From IMG/VR virus record IMGVR_UViG_3300037418_000840: a stretch of DNA of 64,000 nt, one strand, 5' to 3'. The stretch comes from a virus (lineage: Duplodnaviria; Caudoviricetes). This document shows positions 1 through 9,667 of this stretch, piece after piece. How positions within the stretch are numbered: the first letter of the stretch is position 1; each line of letters starts with the position of its first letter. The notes below the pieces were generated by a model. The model was not told the DNA's origin, did not search any database, and saw only the letters and a list, made by a program, of their open reading frames with translations. A program made the translations under genes and the position numbers.

Positions 1-311
1 TCCGGCGTTGCCGGCGCTTTTGGCTGTTCTTCCGGTGTTGCCGAAGCCGGAGCCGGCGTTTCTGCCGTTTCCGTTGTCTCCGTCGCCCCCGTCGCCTCGT
101 CCTCGGTCCCCGGATGTCCCGGGAATTCCGGCGGAAGGGTCGATGGATAGGCCAAACCTGCCTGAACCTGTTGCTTGGTCAGGCCGAACTTGAAGTAGGC
201 GAAGTCGTGAAGGGCCTTCAGGTCCTTCTCCAGCCACTGAATGCCTTCGGACACTTCGTGACCCGCTTCCTTGAGGGCGGCCTTCAGCACTTCGAGGTTG
301 ATGCTCTTCAT
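1..311 (-). CDS. hypothetical protein with Pro/Ala/Thr/Glu-rich C-terminal region, truncated by the window edge
   Basis: My translation: ATG at 311 with an AGGAG RBS; MKSINLEVLKAALKEAGHEVSEG...ETPAPASATPEEQPKAPATP runs off base 1 without a stop, so it is absent from the ORF track. Confidence 0.75.
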   Translation of the reverse strand, partial: MKSINLEVLKAALKEAGHEVSEGIQWLEKDLKALHDFAYFKFGLTKQQVQAGLAYPSTLPPEFPGHPGTEDEATGATETTETAETPAPASATPEEQPKAPATP

Positions 312-372
312 TATCGAACTCCTGTTGTAGATGGAAAGGGAAGGCCACCCAGTGACCTTCCTTGATGTTAAA

Positions 373-3300
373 TTACTCGCTGTCTTTTGCAGACATGAGC
401 GTACCGTCGTCCTTCCGCAGCTTCATGGTACGAACGTGCTGAAGCTCTTTTTCCAGTTCCTTGATGTTGGTGATCTGCACACCGGCCTCTTCAAGACGCT
501 GGAAGATGTGACGTACTTGCTGAGGCGTGCCGTAATACGACAGGCTAGGCGTGTTGAGAACCCAACGGAAGGCCGGGCGCTTGTACAACATCGCAGCACG
601 AGTACCGGCTTGACCCTGAGCGGGCAGCGCGATAAAGGCCATACCGTTCTCAATGATCGGATACGGCTTGTATATCTGCTTGTTGTTATTCGCCTTGTGC
701 TCCGTGCGATAGAAGTTGACGAGCTTGACCCCAGCCAGTGTCTTAGCCATCAGTTGATGGTTGCGAATCTGGCCGGACTGCAGCATGTCACGCATCACGC
801 GGAACGCTTCGGGCACACCTTGCTGGAGCAACGCCGGATCTGGACGCATACCCTTCTCTTGCCACAGCTTGAACTGATTGTTGAGCATCACCACGTTCTT
901 GATCTGAGCGTAATAGAACGGAGCTTGAGGACGGAAACCACAACCGGTCAGCACGTTCTGTGCCGTCTGATTGTCTTCGTCGACAGCCCAGTCCAAGCCC
1001 AGGAATCCGTTCGTGATGAGGAGCGTCAGCTCGATCGCCAGTTCGGATGCTTCTTTGCGCTTGCGTTGGACAGCTTCCTTCTGCTCCTGCTTCTGCTGTT
1101 GAACCTGCTGCTTCTTCAACACACCTTTCGGTGCCTTCATGAATTCAGCCGGCACGTCGATGTCCTTGGTGACAGGCAGCGACCCAACAGATTTCAGCAG
1201 CTGATTCCGGATGTCCTTGGTCGACGTTTCGGTACGTGTAACGACGAACACTTGGTTCTTCCGCGCGCGTACTGAATAGCCATTGACCAAGTCGACGGTC
1301 ACCATGCGACCCTTGGCCTGAACGTTGACGATCACACCATCACCGTGCTCGGTGTGAACCGGCTGGCCCTTCATTGCTGCGAGCTTGGCCTTGAATTCCG
1401 GATCCACCCCATTGGTGCTTTCGTCTTCCGTATCTTCGTCGTCCTCCTCATCGTCATCATCGTTCGAGTCCCCCATGTTCAAGAACTCATCGAGACGAAC
1501 AAGACCCATTTCCTCAGCGTTGTAAATGCCGAGACCCGGAGTGTAAGGCACACGCTTGAGCAACGCGCAGTCCTTCGGTGTTGGAGCAACTTCGATCGGT
1601 TCGAGACCCGGTTCCTTCCCGTACTTCTCGATGAAGGCTTCCTTGTACGCCTTGTAGTCGTCGCGAATAACCCGTTGATACACGCGATTGGCCTTCAGGT
1701 ACTCGATCAGACCAGGATCCTCTTCAGTGCCCGAACCGTGCCAGCTATTCTTTGTCTGGATGGCTTCGAGCGACATCGAGATAGCAGGTACGTCAGGGAT
1801 CTGTGCGTACTCAGGATTGTCCGCGTTCTCAAACTTCGCGGCCGCAATGACCTTAGACAACAGACGCGCCGTTTTCGTGATATCGATCGTACGGTTGCAG
1901 ACCACCGTGTCGAAGAAGATCTCGTCGCGGTTCTCTTTCTTCTTGAGCTCTGGACGATTGATACGCGAATTCCCCTGCTCCAACGTTCCCGGATTCCACG
2001 GCGTCTCGGTACGGATCAACCGCGATGCAAACTGGAAGTTGAGACCTTCGTTCATCGATTGCTCGACACCGACCATCCATCGTATACGGTCATCCTTCTC
2101 GAATCGTGCACCGTCTTCGAGCTTGCGCGCCGCTTTATACAGCAGACCGCATTTCTGCAGTTCGGGTGGCGCACGACGGAAGATTTCTTCAGCCGATGCA
2201 ATGTTGTTCGTGAAAATCAACACCTTGCCCGGGAATGGGCCGTACTGACCTTCCGTCCCATCACCCGGATCGTCGATGCCACCAAATATGTGACACTTGA
2301 TCCGATTGATGATTCGCGTTGTCTTCGGCGAGACTGCGTCTTCACCAGTGAGCTTGGCTCCGACAACTGACACCGGATTGATGAGGAATCGTTCGAGCGG
2401 AGCCAAGAACGGCTGGATAGCCGTCTCGATATCCTGACCTGCATCCTCGTCGGTTACATCTTCGACTTCATCGTCGTCAGTGATCTCCGCCGCTGCGTCA
2501 TCGAGCAGCGTATCGACATCCTCCTTCTGTTGTGCTGACGCACGTCCCTTCAAGAACTTCTGCAGTGACTTGGCATTCGCGTCGTTGCCCTTGGCCTTCT
2601 CCTCGATCTTGGTCAGAACACCGGCCAACAGTTCCTCGTACATCTCCTGTTGCTTGGGCGTCAGTTCGACACCACCAGTCCATTCGTTCTTCTTGGGCAG
2701 AAGTGCTGCCCATTCCTTACGCATGGCCCCGGCGTAGACGACACGACTCTTGATCTTGGCCATGATCTCGGCCTGAGCGCCCTTACGCCATTTCATGACG
2801 CGGCCACCGCGAACTTCTTCGCCGTACTTGTCGTTGAACTCTTCACGAGTACCGAACAACGTCGGGTCCAACGTAGCGACTTGCATCGCCAGATCGGAGG
2901 GGCTGTCGTGGATCATCGTACCCGAAGCCAGACGCTTCTTCGGGATATCGGTGATCAAGGACATAACAGCACGCGTCCGCGAGTTATCGTTCTTTACCTT
3001 GTGGCTTTCGTCGAGTGCGGCGTAGCCAAAGTTGAACTGACGCAGGAACGACACAACAGGCAACACGGTGATCGGCGTCGTGCCATAGGTGATGTTCCGT
3101 TGGGTTCCACGTGGTGAGAACTTCAGCGTGTCGTAATCGCAGACAACTACTGTGTTGCGGGGCGCTGCCTCCATAATGGCTTGCAGCCGCTTGAGTCCTG
3201 ACTGACGGATTGCTGAGTTGGTCAACGCAATGACGTTCATCTTGCCCGACGTGAAGAACACCACTTCCTTCACATAGTTGGCGACCAAGTGACCAGGACA

Positions 3301-5094
3301 CAGAACGAGATAGGGCTCGCTGCGATTGGCTTTGATCTCCAACAAGAGGTCAGTCAGCAACAGCACCGACTTACCACCACCTGCTTGGACTGGAAGTAGT
3401 GCGAAGTCAGGACTGTCCTTCAGCAGGTTGCGGACCTTCGCTTGGTGAGGCAAGAACCCGATCTTGTCGCTAAGCAACGGAATCGAGGGGACTGTCCAGT
3501 TGGGGTCCACGCTCTGATTGATGGCCGCCAGACGATTGGAACTGTCAAGAGCACGGACCTTTGCCATGTCGTCCGTGTACTTGGCGATCATCGTCATCCA
3601 TGGAAGCATTTCGCTTACCGAGGCAATCGACCATTTGAGGTACACTGCGTCGAGATTGGACTTGACTGCGGCCTCGATCAACTTGATCTGGCGTGCCAGC
3701 CAACGGAAGGGGCCGAATCCGTGCTCGTTGATGTCAGCGAACGAAACTTTGTCTTGCTCTTCAAGCTTCTGGTAAGCTATGACCGCCGTCTTAAACCACG
3801 ACTTCATATCGGTCGCACGCTCGAACTGCTGCTGCAAATACGAACCGATTTCTACACCCTCGAAGTCTGCGGCTGGGACCGGCGTTGGTGGCTTGGACGA
3901 GACGCCAACCGATTCACCCATGCTGGCAAACCAGTTGATATGCTTCTCTGTCACATACCGTTCGTCGAGGAGAGTGCGGATATGCGAGATATCGGCCTTA
4001 CGAAAGTTCGTAAGATCCTGGATCTCCAGGTTGCCGTTCGTGTTGGTGTACGCAAACTTGTTGTTCACCCAGTCGATGCTGACCACCATGTCAGGTGGGA
4101 GCTTGGGCTTGGCGTCGACGCCTGACGACATGGCGGTCGCACCGGCTTCCATGTTGATGAGCGCAAATGCGCCGTCTGCCTGAGCGCCTGCCGACATGTA
4201 GCGATCTTCATAGACGCGAGTCTGTGCCTTTTCCACTTCCTTCGGAAGGAAGATAGGTGCCCCTTGTGGCGAGATCGAGATGCCGTATTCGTTGACGCGC
4301 GCTGCCTCGGTGTGATTCTTCGGCAGTGTGTTCACCACCTTCGAGATTGGGAACGACGCGGTGGACACGCGGCCACGCTCGCCGAATCCAGTCTTCACCC
4401 AATGAAGCAGCAGCGGATACAGATCGATGTCGCGCAGCTGATTCCATTCAGTGGTCGTCAGCTGTTCGCATTCGTCCTTGGCGATCTTGAAATCGGCAAA
4501 GACAACCGTGAGATTGCCACGGCTCTGCAACCGTATCTGAAGCAGACACTCGCGCAGTGCTTGTTCACCCTTGGGATCCAGCTTGGGACCAAACGTCTTG
4601 ATGACTTCGGCCGTCGACACCGTGGTCTTGCGATCGACCTGATCCTGGCTGTATTCGGCCGACGGCAGACGATCGCTGAAGTCCTTAAGTTGTGCGAAAT
4701 GATTCGCCGTTTCAGCCACCCCGCTCTTTGTGCGGTGACCGTTCAACATGAAGGTCCGCATGAACTGCGAGATGGCCGACATGTTGCGTGTCGGGAACTT
4801 GAAGAGCGGAACCGACGCGATGTAGTGATCGTTCTGCTTCTTGATGCTAAGATAGCCCGGAGGCACTGCTTTGATCAGCGCGTCCGCAGCCTTGGATCCG
4901 CCGGTGCCGAAGCGCGGATCTTTCACGAAATCTGGGAAGAACGGCGATGCCCACAGACGCGTCATAAACGCGGTAGGCGGTCCTTTGAACTTCTGCGCAT
5001 ACACGTACATGAAACGTGCACTCTGGAGTTTCCCAGGCATCATCAAATGCGCTGGAATCACCAGATTGGAAACGGGGCGAACAGCGGTGGTCAT
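373..5094 (-). CDS. SNF2-family (SF2) helicase/translocase with long N-terminal extension
   Basis: Q-motif LPHQAKV, Walker A VQAGGGKS, Walker B DESH, motif III LASGT, C-terminal PWNPGTLEQGNSRINR. Confidence 0.88.
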   Translation of the reverse strand: MTTAVRPVSNLVIPAHLMMPGKLQSARFMYVYAQKFKGPPTAFMTRLWASPFFPDFVKDPRFGTGGSKAADALIKAVPPGYLSIKKQNDHYIASVPLFKFPTRNMSAISQFMRTFMLNGHRTKSGVAETANHFAQLKDFSDRLPSAEYSQDQVDRKTTVSTAEVIKTFGPKLDPKGEQALRECLLQIRLQSRGNLTVVFADFKIAKDECEQLTTTEWNQLRDIDLYPLLLHWVKTGFGERGRVSTASFPISKVVNTLPKNHTEAARVNEYGISISPQGAPIFLPKEVEKAQTRVYEDRYMSAGAQADGAFALINMEAGATAMSSGVDAKPKLPPDMVVSIDWVNNKFAYTNTNGNLEIQDLTNFRKADISHIRTLLDERYVTEKHINWFASMGESVGVSSKPPTPVPAADFEGVEIGSYLQQQFERATDMKSWFKTAVIAYQKLEEQDKVSFADINEHGFGPFRWLARQIKLIEAAVKSNLDAVYLKWSIASVSEMLPWMTMIAKYTDDMAKVRALDSSNRLAAINQSVDPNWTVPSIPLLSDKIGFLPHQAKVRNLLKDSPDFALLPVQAGGGKSVLLLTDLLLEIKANRSEPYLVLCPGHLVANYVKEVVFFTSGKMNVIALTNSAIRQSGLKRLQAIMEAAPRNTVVVCDYDTLKFSPRGTQRNITYGTTPITVLPVVSFLRQFNFGYAALDESHKVKNDNSRTRAVMSLITDIPKKRLASGTMIHDSPSDLAMQVATLDPTLFGTREEFNDKYGEEVRGGRVMKWRKGAQAEIMAKIKSRVVYAGAMRKEWAALLPKKNEWTGGVELTPKQQEMYEELLAGVLTKIEEKAKGNDANAKSLQKFLKGRASAQQKEDVDTLLDDAAAEITDDDEVEDVTDEDAGQDIETAIQPFLAPLERFLINPVSVVGAKLTGEDAVSPKTTRIINRIKCHIFGGIDDPGDGTEGQYGPFPGKVLIFTNNIASAEEIFRRAPPELQKCGLLYKAARKLEDGARFEKDDRIRWMVGVEQSMNEGLNFQFASRLIRTETPWNPGTLEQGNSRINRPELKKKENRDEIFFDTVVCNRTIDITKTARLLSKVIAAAKFENADNPEYAQIPDVPAISMSLEAIQTKNSWHGSGTEEDPGLIEYLKANRVYQRVIRDDYKAYKEAFIEKYGKEPGLEPIEVAPTPKDCALLKRVPYTPGLGIYNAEEMGLVRLDEFLNMGDSNDDDDEEDDEDTEDESTNGVDPEFKAKLAAMKGQPVHTEHGDGVIVNVQAKGRMVTVDLVNGYSVRARKNQVFVVTRTETSTKDIRNQLLKSVGSLPVTKDIDVPAEFMKAPKGVLKKQQVQQQKQEQKEAVQRKRKEASELAIELTLLITNGFLGLDWAVDEDNQTAQNVLTGCGFRPQAPFYYAQIKNVVMLNNQFKLWQEKGMRPDPALLQQGVPEAFRVMRDMLQSGQIRNHQLMAKTLAGVKLVNFYRTEHKANNNKQIYKPYPIIENGMAFIALPAQGQAGTRAAMLYKRPAFRWVLNTPSLSYYGTPQQVRHIFQRLEEAGVQITNIKELEKELQHVRTMKLRKDDGTLMSAKDSE

Positions 5095-5189
5095 GTTGAG
5101 ATCCTTGTGAGCCGTTGTCGAGACTTCTGGATAGAGAGACTAGGTGAATTCATCCTGTCTACCAATCAAATTGGGGAATTTCCATAGTG

Positions 5190-5236
5190 CAAAAATGACT
5201 AAAGCCCACCATCTCAAACGAGAGGGTGAGCTTTAG
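5190..5236 (-). terminator. intrinsic terminator
   Basis: Long stem CTAAAGCTCACC/GGTGGGCTTTAG followed by TCATTTTT on the minus strand. Confidence 0.7.
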
Positions 5237-5287
5237 CATACACCGAATACGAAGTACTGACAACCCCCAATTACCGGGGTACGGCCC

Positions 5288-5569
5288 TTATTTACTACGC
5301 GGCGTTGACTTGTCCTGAACGGCGGCCGTCGTCTGTGCTACTGACGCCGCAGCGACCTTTTGATTCGTTGCTTTTATCAACGCGTCTTGAACCAAGACTT
5401 GAACTTCGTCCGTAGCTTTCGCCACGAGATTGGCGGTCAGCGTGGGCCAACGTTTGAGCGCAAACGAGTATCCAACAGCACCGATTACGATGCCAGCGGC
5501 GAGCACAGGTGCGTCTACTGCGAGACGGAACGCACCCTCGACTACGGAAATGATGGTCGAGATGTCCAT
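5288..5569 (-). CDS. small membrane protein
   Basis: Start reassigned to MDISTIIS (GGAGG RBS); hydrophobic segment APVLAAGIVIGAVGYSFAL. Confidence 0.65.
   Translation of the reverse strand: MDISTIISVVEGAFRLAVDAPVLAAGIVIGAVGYSFALKRWPTLTANLVAKATDEVQVLVQDALIKATNQKVAAASVAQTTAAVQDKSTPRSK
5289..5296 (-). promoter_or_regulatory. AGTAAATA phage promoter-like motif
   Basis: One of nine minus-strand copies; this one overlaps a stop codon, so it is the weakest. Confidence 0.35.
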
Positions 5570-5579
5570 GATGAACCTC

Positions 5580-6290
5580 CTAGATGAGTCGTCGCATTTG
5601 ATGAATTGGTCGCATACTCCTAAGGAGCGGCATCCAGAGGATCTGGAGAATGAAGTTCTCCAACTGCTTCTTAGTCGGCGTCTGGTTATTCGGAAGGTCG
5701 GGAAAGATAGGACAGGTGATCGCGTACCCAACACGCCAACGTTGTTTCATGTTGCGAGCGTAGTCGTTATAGGCGTAGATCTCGAGACCGCTCATCAGCT
5801 GACGAACGTATCGGCCGTCCAATGTCCGGAGCAATATCTTCGGGTACGGGATCTTCTGAAGAAACGTCGTGTACGTCGGATCCTCGATTACTGCTTCTCC
5901 GTGGACATCGAGAACGAATCCTGCATCGGACACGGTAGCCACGCGATGCGTTGCCGTGAGAAACACATGCTCGAGCAAGCCCGTCATGTTGATGAACTTG
6001 ACGAACGCACGACGACGTTCAGTCAAGTAGTCAACGATCTGATCGTTGCGGGTTTGATGGAGGGTCTGGAAAGGGAAAAGTCCCTCGTTAGTACACTGCT
6101 CGACATAGCGCTTGATCGTAAGCGCCCAGTCATAGCGAGTGTCTAACGATGGAATGAGCTCCTGAACAGCCTTCTGCCATTGGCTCACGTTGTTGACGTT
6201 GAAGCCAAGGGGAAAGGCTTGGACCGTCGGCGGCCTTGCCGCTTGGAAGGCCGTGACCCCGAGATTGGCGAGAAAAGGCAGGTCGTCCAT
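5580..6290 (-). CDS. hypothetical protein
   Basis: 236-aa ORF tiling between neighbouring genes; no motif recognised. Confidence 0.7.
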   Translation of the reverse strand: MDDLPFLANLGVTAFQAARPPTVQAFPLGFNVNNVSQWQKAVQELIPSLDTRYDWALTIKRYVEQCTNEGLFPFQTLHQTRNDQIVDYLTERRRAFVKFINMTGLLEHVFLTATHRVATVSDAGFVLDVHGEAVIEDPTYTTFLQKIPYPKILLRTLDGRYVRQLMSGLEIYAYNDYARNMKQRWRVGYAITCPIFPDLPNNQTPTKKQLENFILQILWMPLLRSMRPIHQMRRLI

Positions 6291-6298
6291 ATAGACCC

Positions 6299-6763
6299 CT
6301 ATCGTGGTGCCATACGCAACCGCATTGCCGCACGGAGTTGAACAGGCGCGATCCCATCGGTAATCGTGTCGTCCTTGCCCGAATCGAGGTCGATGCCTGT
6401 GTCAGTGACCGACACGCCATCATTGAGTGTTGCATCCTGGTTGCCTTGTTGGCTCGACGTACCAGCGGGTGCGCCGTCGTTGAGCGCCAGATCGTCAGAC
6501 GTTGTGGTCTCAGGATCGTAGTCACCGTCCAGCACGTCTTCGGCTTCTGAACGATCGGAAGCAGTGAGCGAGTCCAACTGCTCGACATCGCCTTCGTCTT
6601 TCTCATGCTGGATCTCTTCGCCAAGCATCTGATAGGCTACGGCTTCCAATTCTTCCTTGTCGATTCCGAGTGCGCCAGCCAACTGATGGAATTGTGCGTC
6701 GGACGGATGTTGATTCAACTGGAAGAACATCTCGAGGAATGCTGCTAGTGCTTGCTTATCCAT
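6299..6763 (-). CDS. acidic protein with a C-terminal copy of the LxAAxRL motif (scaffold/core-like, tentative)
   Basis: D/E-rich middle region; ends PVQLRAAMRLRMAPR. Confidence 0.6.
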   Translation of the reverse strand: MDKQALAAFLEMFFQLNQHPSDAQFHQLAGALGIDKEELEAVAYQMLGEEIQHEKDEGDVEQLDSLTASDRSEAEDVLDGDYDPETTTSDDLALNDGAPAGTSSQQGNQDATLNDGVSVTDTGIDLDSGKDDTITDGIAPVQLRAAMRLRMAPR

Positions 6764-6772
6764 CTTGGGTCC

Positions 6773-7201
6773 TTATTCGTGTTCGGCAAGAGTCAGTGGG
6801 ATGCCAATCGAGAAATCACCAACCTCGTGAGTTTGGCCATCACCATACTTCTTGCTGTACTCGTTCATCATGTCCACTCGGTGTGGACTAAGCGGATTAA
6901 GGGCCAAATAAGCAGGGCCACTCTCACCCTCCAATTGCTTCTTAAAGAACTGAGTATCCTTATCGTGGAGCCATCCCGGCGGTTTGGTGGCCTTTTCCCA
7001 ACCGTTGCTCAGTAGCTGCTTTCGTGCCCAAGCACCACGTGATTTCGGAATCCAGATAAGATCACGATAGAGAGCACCAACACCCGGCGTGATTGGGATT
7101 TTCAGCAGCTTAGCGAGTTCCTGGAAATGACGTGGCTTGACCTGAGCTGCTTCTATTTTGTGTGCGGCCGCGAGTCGCGAAGCAGCTTGGAGTTTGAACA
7201 T
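6773..7201 (-). CDS. LxAAxRL-leader protein
   Basis: N-terminus MFKLQAASRLAA; body contains LLSNGW. Confidence 0.8.
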   Translation of the reverse strand: MFKLQAASRLAAAHKIEAAQVKPRHFQELAKLLKIPITPGVGALYRDLIWIPKSRGAWARKQLLSNGWEKATKPPGWLHDKDTQFFKKQLEGESGPAYLALNPLSPHRVDMMNEYSKKYGDGQTHEVGDFSIGIPLTLAEHE

Positions 7202-7251
7202 ATTGATGCTCCCTGATAGTTATGATCGTATCGAATCTGTTCTAGATTCGT

Positions 7252-7641
7252 TTAGATCTTTACACGACTGAGGCGCTTGCGCAGTTCTTCAACCGCCGGG
7301 ATCTTTTTGAACAGTGGTTTGGCTGCCGCTTCCTTGATCTTGCGTATCAGCTCATCGGCAGTGTTGCTCACCAGATTCATAGCCCATTGCGCTGTCGGAG
7401 CTCCGAAGTAGAAGTCCAGGGTATCGTCCATGAGATCGAGTGTGAGCGTGGCTGACCAGCCTGAGGCCCGCCACATGATCGTCTGTTCATGCTCGTTGCG
7501 ATCATCGCGGACAAACGCAGTGCCTAACACCTTCTTCAGTGCGGCAAGCGCTTTCCCCGCGTCAGTATCCGATGCGGCAAAGACTGACGTGCTGATATCT
7601 TTGGCGGCCAATCGTGTAGCTGCCTGGAGTTTGACCTTCAT
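7252..7641 (-). CDS. LxAAxRL-leader protein
   Basis: N-terminus MKVKLQAATRLAA. Confidence 0.8.
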   Translation of the reverse strand: MKVKLQAATRLAAKDISTSVFAASDTDAGKALAALKKVLGTAFVRDDRNEHEQTIMWRASGWSATLTLDLMDDTLDFYFGAPTAQWAMNLVSNTADELIRKIKEAAAKPLFKKIPAVEELRKRLSRVKI

Positions 7642-7667
7642 TCTGCAATCCTTATCGAATGTACAGA

Positions 7668-7676
7668 GTAAAATTC
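7668..7676 (-). promoter_or_regulatory. GAATTTTAC candidate late promoter
   Basis: Same 9-mer at 16460-16468 and a one-mismatch copy at 15180-15188, each about 27-38 nt upstream of a start codon. Confidence 0.35.
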
Positions 7677-7680
7677 TAGC

Positions 7681-8001
7681 CTAGCGCCGTGCCCGGAACA
7701 AATGAGCATGGCGTCGATCGTGACACGTTTTGCACAGATGAATCAGGTTCATCGGTGAGTTAGTGCCACCACGAGATAGGCTCACTATGTGATGGACTTC
7801 GATTCCCCGATTAGAGCATCGCTGTCCGTTAATTCGCGCTTCGCAACGACCACCAGATCGCTGTTCTACCAATCGACGAGTTGCCCACCATCCATCTTTG
7901 GTCGACATCCCGTTATGGGTGTTGTACGTTTCTCTTTGAATACGCGCCGAGCCGTTAGTGCTACGACGCGCAGATCGTACTCGCCGAGCCCACATGCTCA
8001 C
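7681..8001 (-). CDS. HNH endonuclease
   Basis: CE...C zinc ligands, EVHHIVSLSRGGTN...NLIHLCKTCHDRRH. Confidence 0.85.
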   Translation of the reverse strand: MSMWARRVRSARRSTNGSARIQRETYNTHNGMSTKDGWWATRRLVEQRSGGRCEARINGQRCSNRGIEVHHIVSLSRGGTNSPMNLIHLCKTCHDRRHAHLFRARR

Positions 8002-8294
8002 CTCCGTTTATCAGTTGCGCGTTGTCCTGGATGATTGCGTTCAGTTCGTGATGCCGGTAGGGCTATCGCATAGACTAAAACGCAGATGACACATGTCCAA
8101 GCCCAATAGCGCTTCTGCATATGTCCCGGCTGAAGCATGTCAATCCCTTCGTAGTACGCGTATATCAATCGAAGAGTCAATGCGATCAACGCTAGACACA
8201 GACGAAGGAGCATTCGCAGCGCGGTATGACCTACATGCATCATTTCCGTATCCCTAAAGTGTAGCGAGGAGAATCGAAATCCTCCTCGCGTCAC
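7998..8294 (-). CDS. small membrane protein (2 predicted TM)
   Basis: Hydrophobic stretches LLRLCLALIALTLRLIY and WAWTCVICVLVYAIAL; true start may be downstream. Confidence 0.55.
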   Translation of the reverse strand: MTRGGFRFSSLHFRDTEMMHVGHTALRMLLRLCLALIALTLRLIYAYYEGIDMLQPGHMQKRYWAWTCVICVLVYAIALPASRTERNHPGQRATDKRR

Positions 8295-8300
8295 TATGAT

Positions 8301-8324
8301 GCTTAGACGCTTAGACGCTTAGAC
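8301..8324. repeat. GCTTAGAC x3 tandem repeat
   Basis: Directly visible in the intergenic gap. Confidence 0.9.
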
Positions 8325-8334
8325 CGTGACCAGC

Positions 8335-8835
8335 TTACGACACGACAGCCGGAGCCGCTGCCGAGATCTGCGTTCCGTCCACACCTGCGAATACCGGCGT
8401 GACCTTCGCTGTGAACGAGCCGGCTGCCGCGTAAGTGTGAGTCTGTGCCGCGTTGGTCGTCACAGTAGCGGTGTTGCCATCGCCGAAGTCCCAGATGTAT
8501 TGATCGGCTGGGCCACCCGCCGTTTCGGTCAACGTCCAGGTGACATCCAGCGGATGAGCACCGGTCAACGGCGTACCCGCCAGAGTTGCGGCATAACCGG
8601 AGACCCCAATGGCCCCTGCAACTGCTGACGGCATCTCGCTCGAATACGCGAATCCGTACTCCAGTTGGTTCTTCATTTGCTGCGTGACCGGCGTACCCGC
8701 CTTATAGGCGACACCGAGTGCGTATTGCGTGAACGCATCGGCGTCTTGACCGAGCCACAAACTGCCTGAGCTCGTCGGGAAGTGAGCAGCGGCCGCAGCC
8801 GCCTTTGCTGATGCGTAAGTGACAGTCGTCATCAT
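8335..8835 (-). CDS. PKD (Ig-like) domain protein, probable virion decoration
   Basis: YIWDFGDG and THTYAAAGSFTAKVT PKD signature. Confidence 0.8.
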   Translation of the reverse strand: MMTTVTYASAKAAAAAAHFPTSSGSLWLGQDADAFTQYALGVAYKAGTPVTQQMKNQLEYGFAYSSEMPSAVAGAIGVSGYAATLAGTPLTGAHPLDVTWTLTETAGGPADQYIWDFGDGNTATVTTNAAQTHTYAAAGSFTAKVTPVFAGVDGTQISAAAPAVVS

Positions 8836-8846
8836 GAACTCCTAGT

Positions 8847-9197
8847 TCATTGGGTGAAGAAAATACGCAGTCCGTTTTGCACCTTCTGCAAAACGATACC
8901 GTCCTTGCCCTTCAATGCGAAGGTTGGTCGCCCGAAGATTCCGCTGTACGCGCGCAGACCATAACCTAGATGCTGAAGAAGTTCGTAGGCGTCCTCAGAT
9001 TCCCTACGAATGTCCACAGCATTGCTCTTGTGAAAGAGCACTGGATGCGGCTGCACGAACGAAAAGATGAGACGGGCTTCCTTGAGTCGAGCTTGAATCT
9101 GATACAGTTCAGCAATCTTGTCACTGTTCAGTTGAGCCTCGACCATGTCTGGATCCCCGACAGAAGCCAAACGTTGTGCTGCACGGAGTCGATACAT
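8847..9197 (-). CDS. LxAAxRL-leader protein
   Basis: N-terminus MYRLRAAQRLAS; body LQHLGY. Confidence 0.75.
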   Translation of the reverse strand: MYRLRAAQRLASVGDPDMVEAQLNSDKIAELYQIQARLKEARLIFSFVQPHPVLFHKSNAVDIRRESEDAYELLQHLGYGLRAYSGIFGRPTFALKGKDGIVLQKVQNGLRIFFTQ

Positions 9198-9241
9198 TTC
9201 TTATTCCTGTTCTGCGTTCGTTGACCAGCCGTCGGTCCCTC

Positions 9242-9637
9242 CTACTGGCGTGTCCAGTCTTTAGGAGTGCTCTCGGATGTCGGGTCCGTCGGCGCATTCT
9301 GATCGGTCTTATCACCGTCCTTGGACGTCAACCACTTATTAGCCACCTGAGCACCGGCCCAGATCGCCATGTAAGTCGTAAAGTAGGTGCCGTCCATTTT
9401 ATCGTGTAGCGTGAGATACACCAACAACCAGGTACTCATCACGAGGGCAGTCAGCTGACCTACTTTGTGAATCGATGGTTGTTTGGTTTGTTCGTCAGCA
9501 ATCACCCATCGCAGGTCGAAGTTATCATTGCGACGTTGGATGATCCACAGAACAAGAAGAGCCAGCACAGCTAGAACCAATAGAGCAACTGACATCGAGT
9601 TCTGTTCTACAAACTTCGACATATCCGTGATTGACAT
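9242..9637 (-). CDS. membrane protein, holin-like topology
   Basis: Three hydrophobic segments and a charged C-terminal tail. Confidence 0.5.
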   Translation of the reverse strand: MSITDMSKFVEQNSMSVALLVLAVLALLVLWIIQRRNDNFDLRWVIADEQTKQPSIHKVGQLTALVMSTWLLVYLTLHDKMDGTYFTTYMAIWAGAQVANKWLTSKDGDKTDQNAPTDPTSESTPKDWTRQ

Positions 9638-9667
9638 GACAAACTCCGTGAGCCTAAAGGGACCTAC

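Noticed and set aside
331-5187. Long plus-strand ORFs opposite the helicase (314, 341, 227, 307 aa)
   Set aside because: Antisense shadows of a strongly codon-biased minus-strand gene; no RBS or motifs, and unnatural composition
7681-8001. HNH gene as an intron or intein-borne mobile element
   Set aside because: Free-standing and short, and no flanking gene appears split; it may be a packaging-associated or homing nuclease, but this cannot be decided
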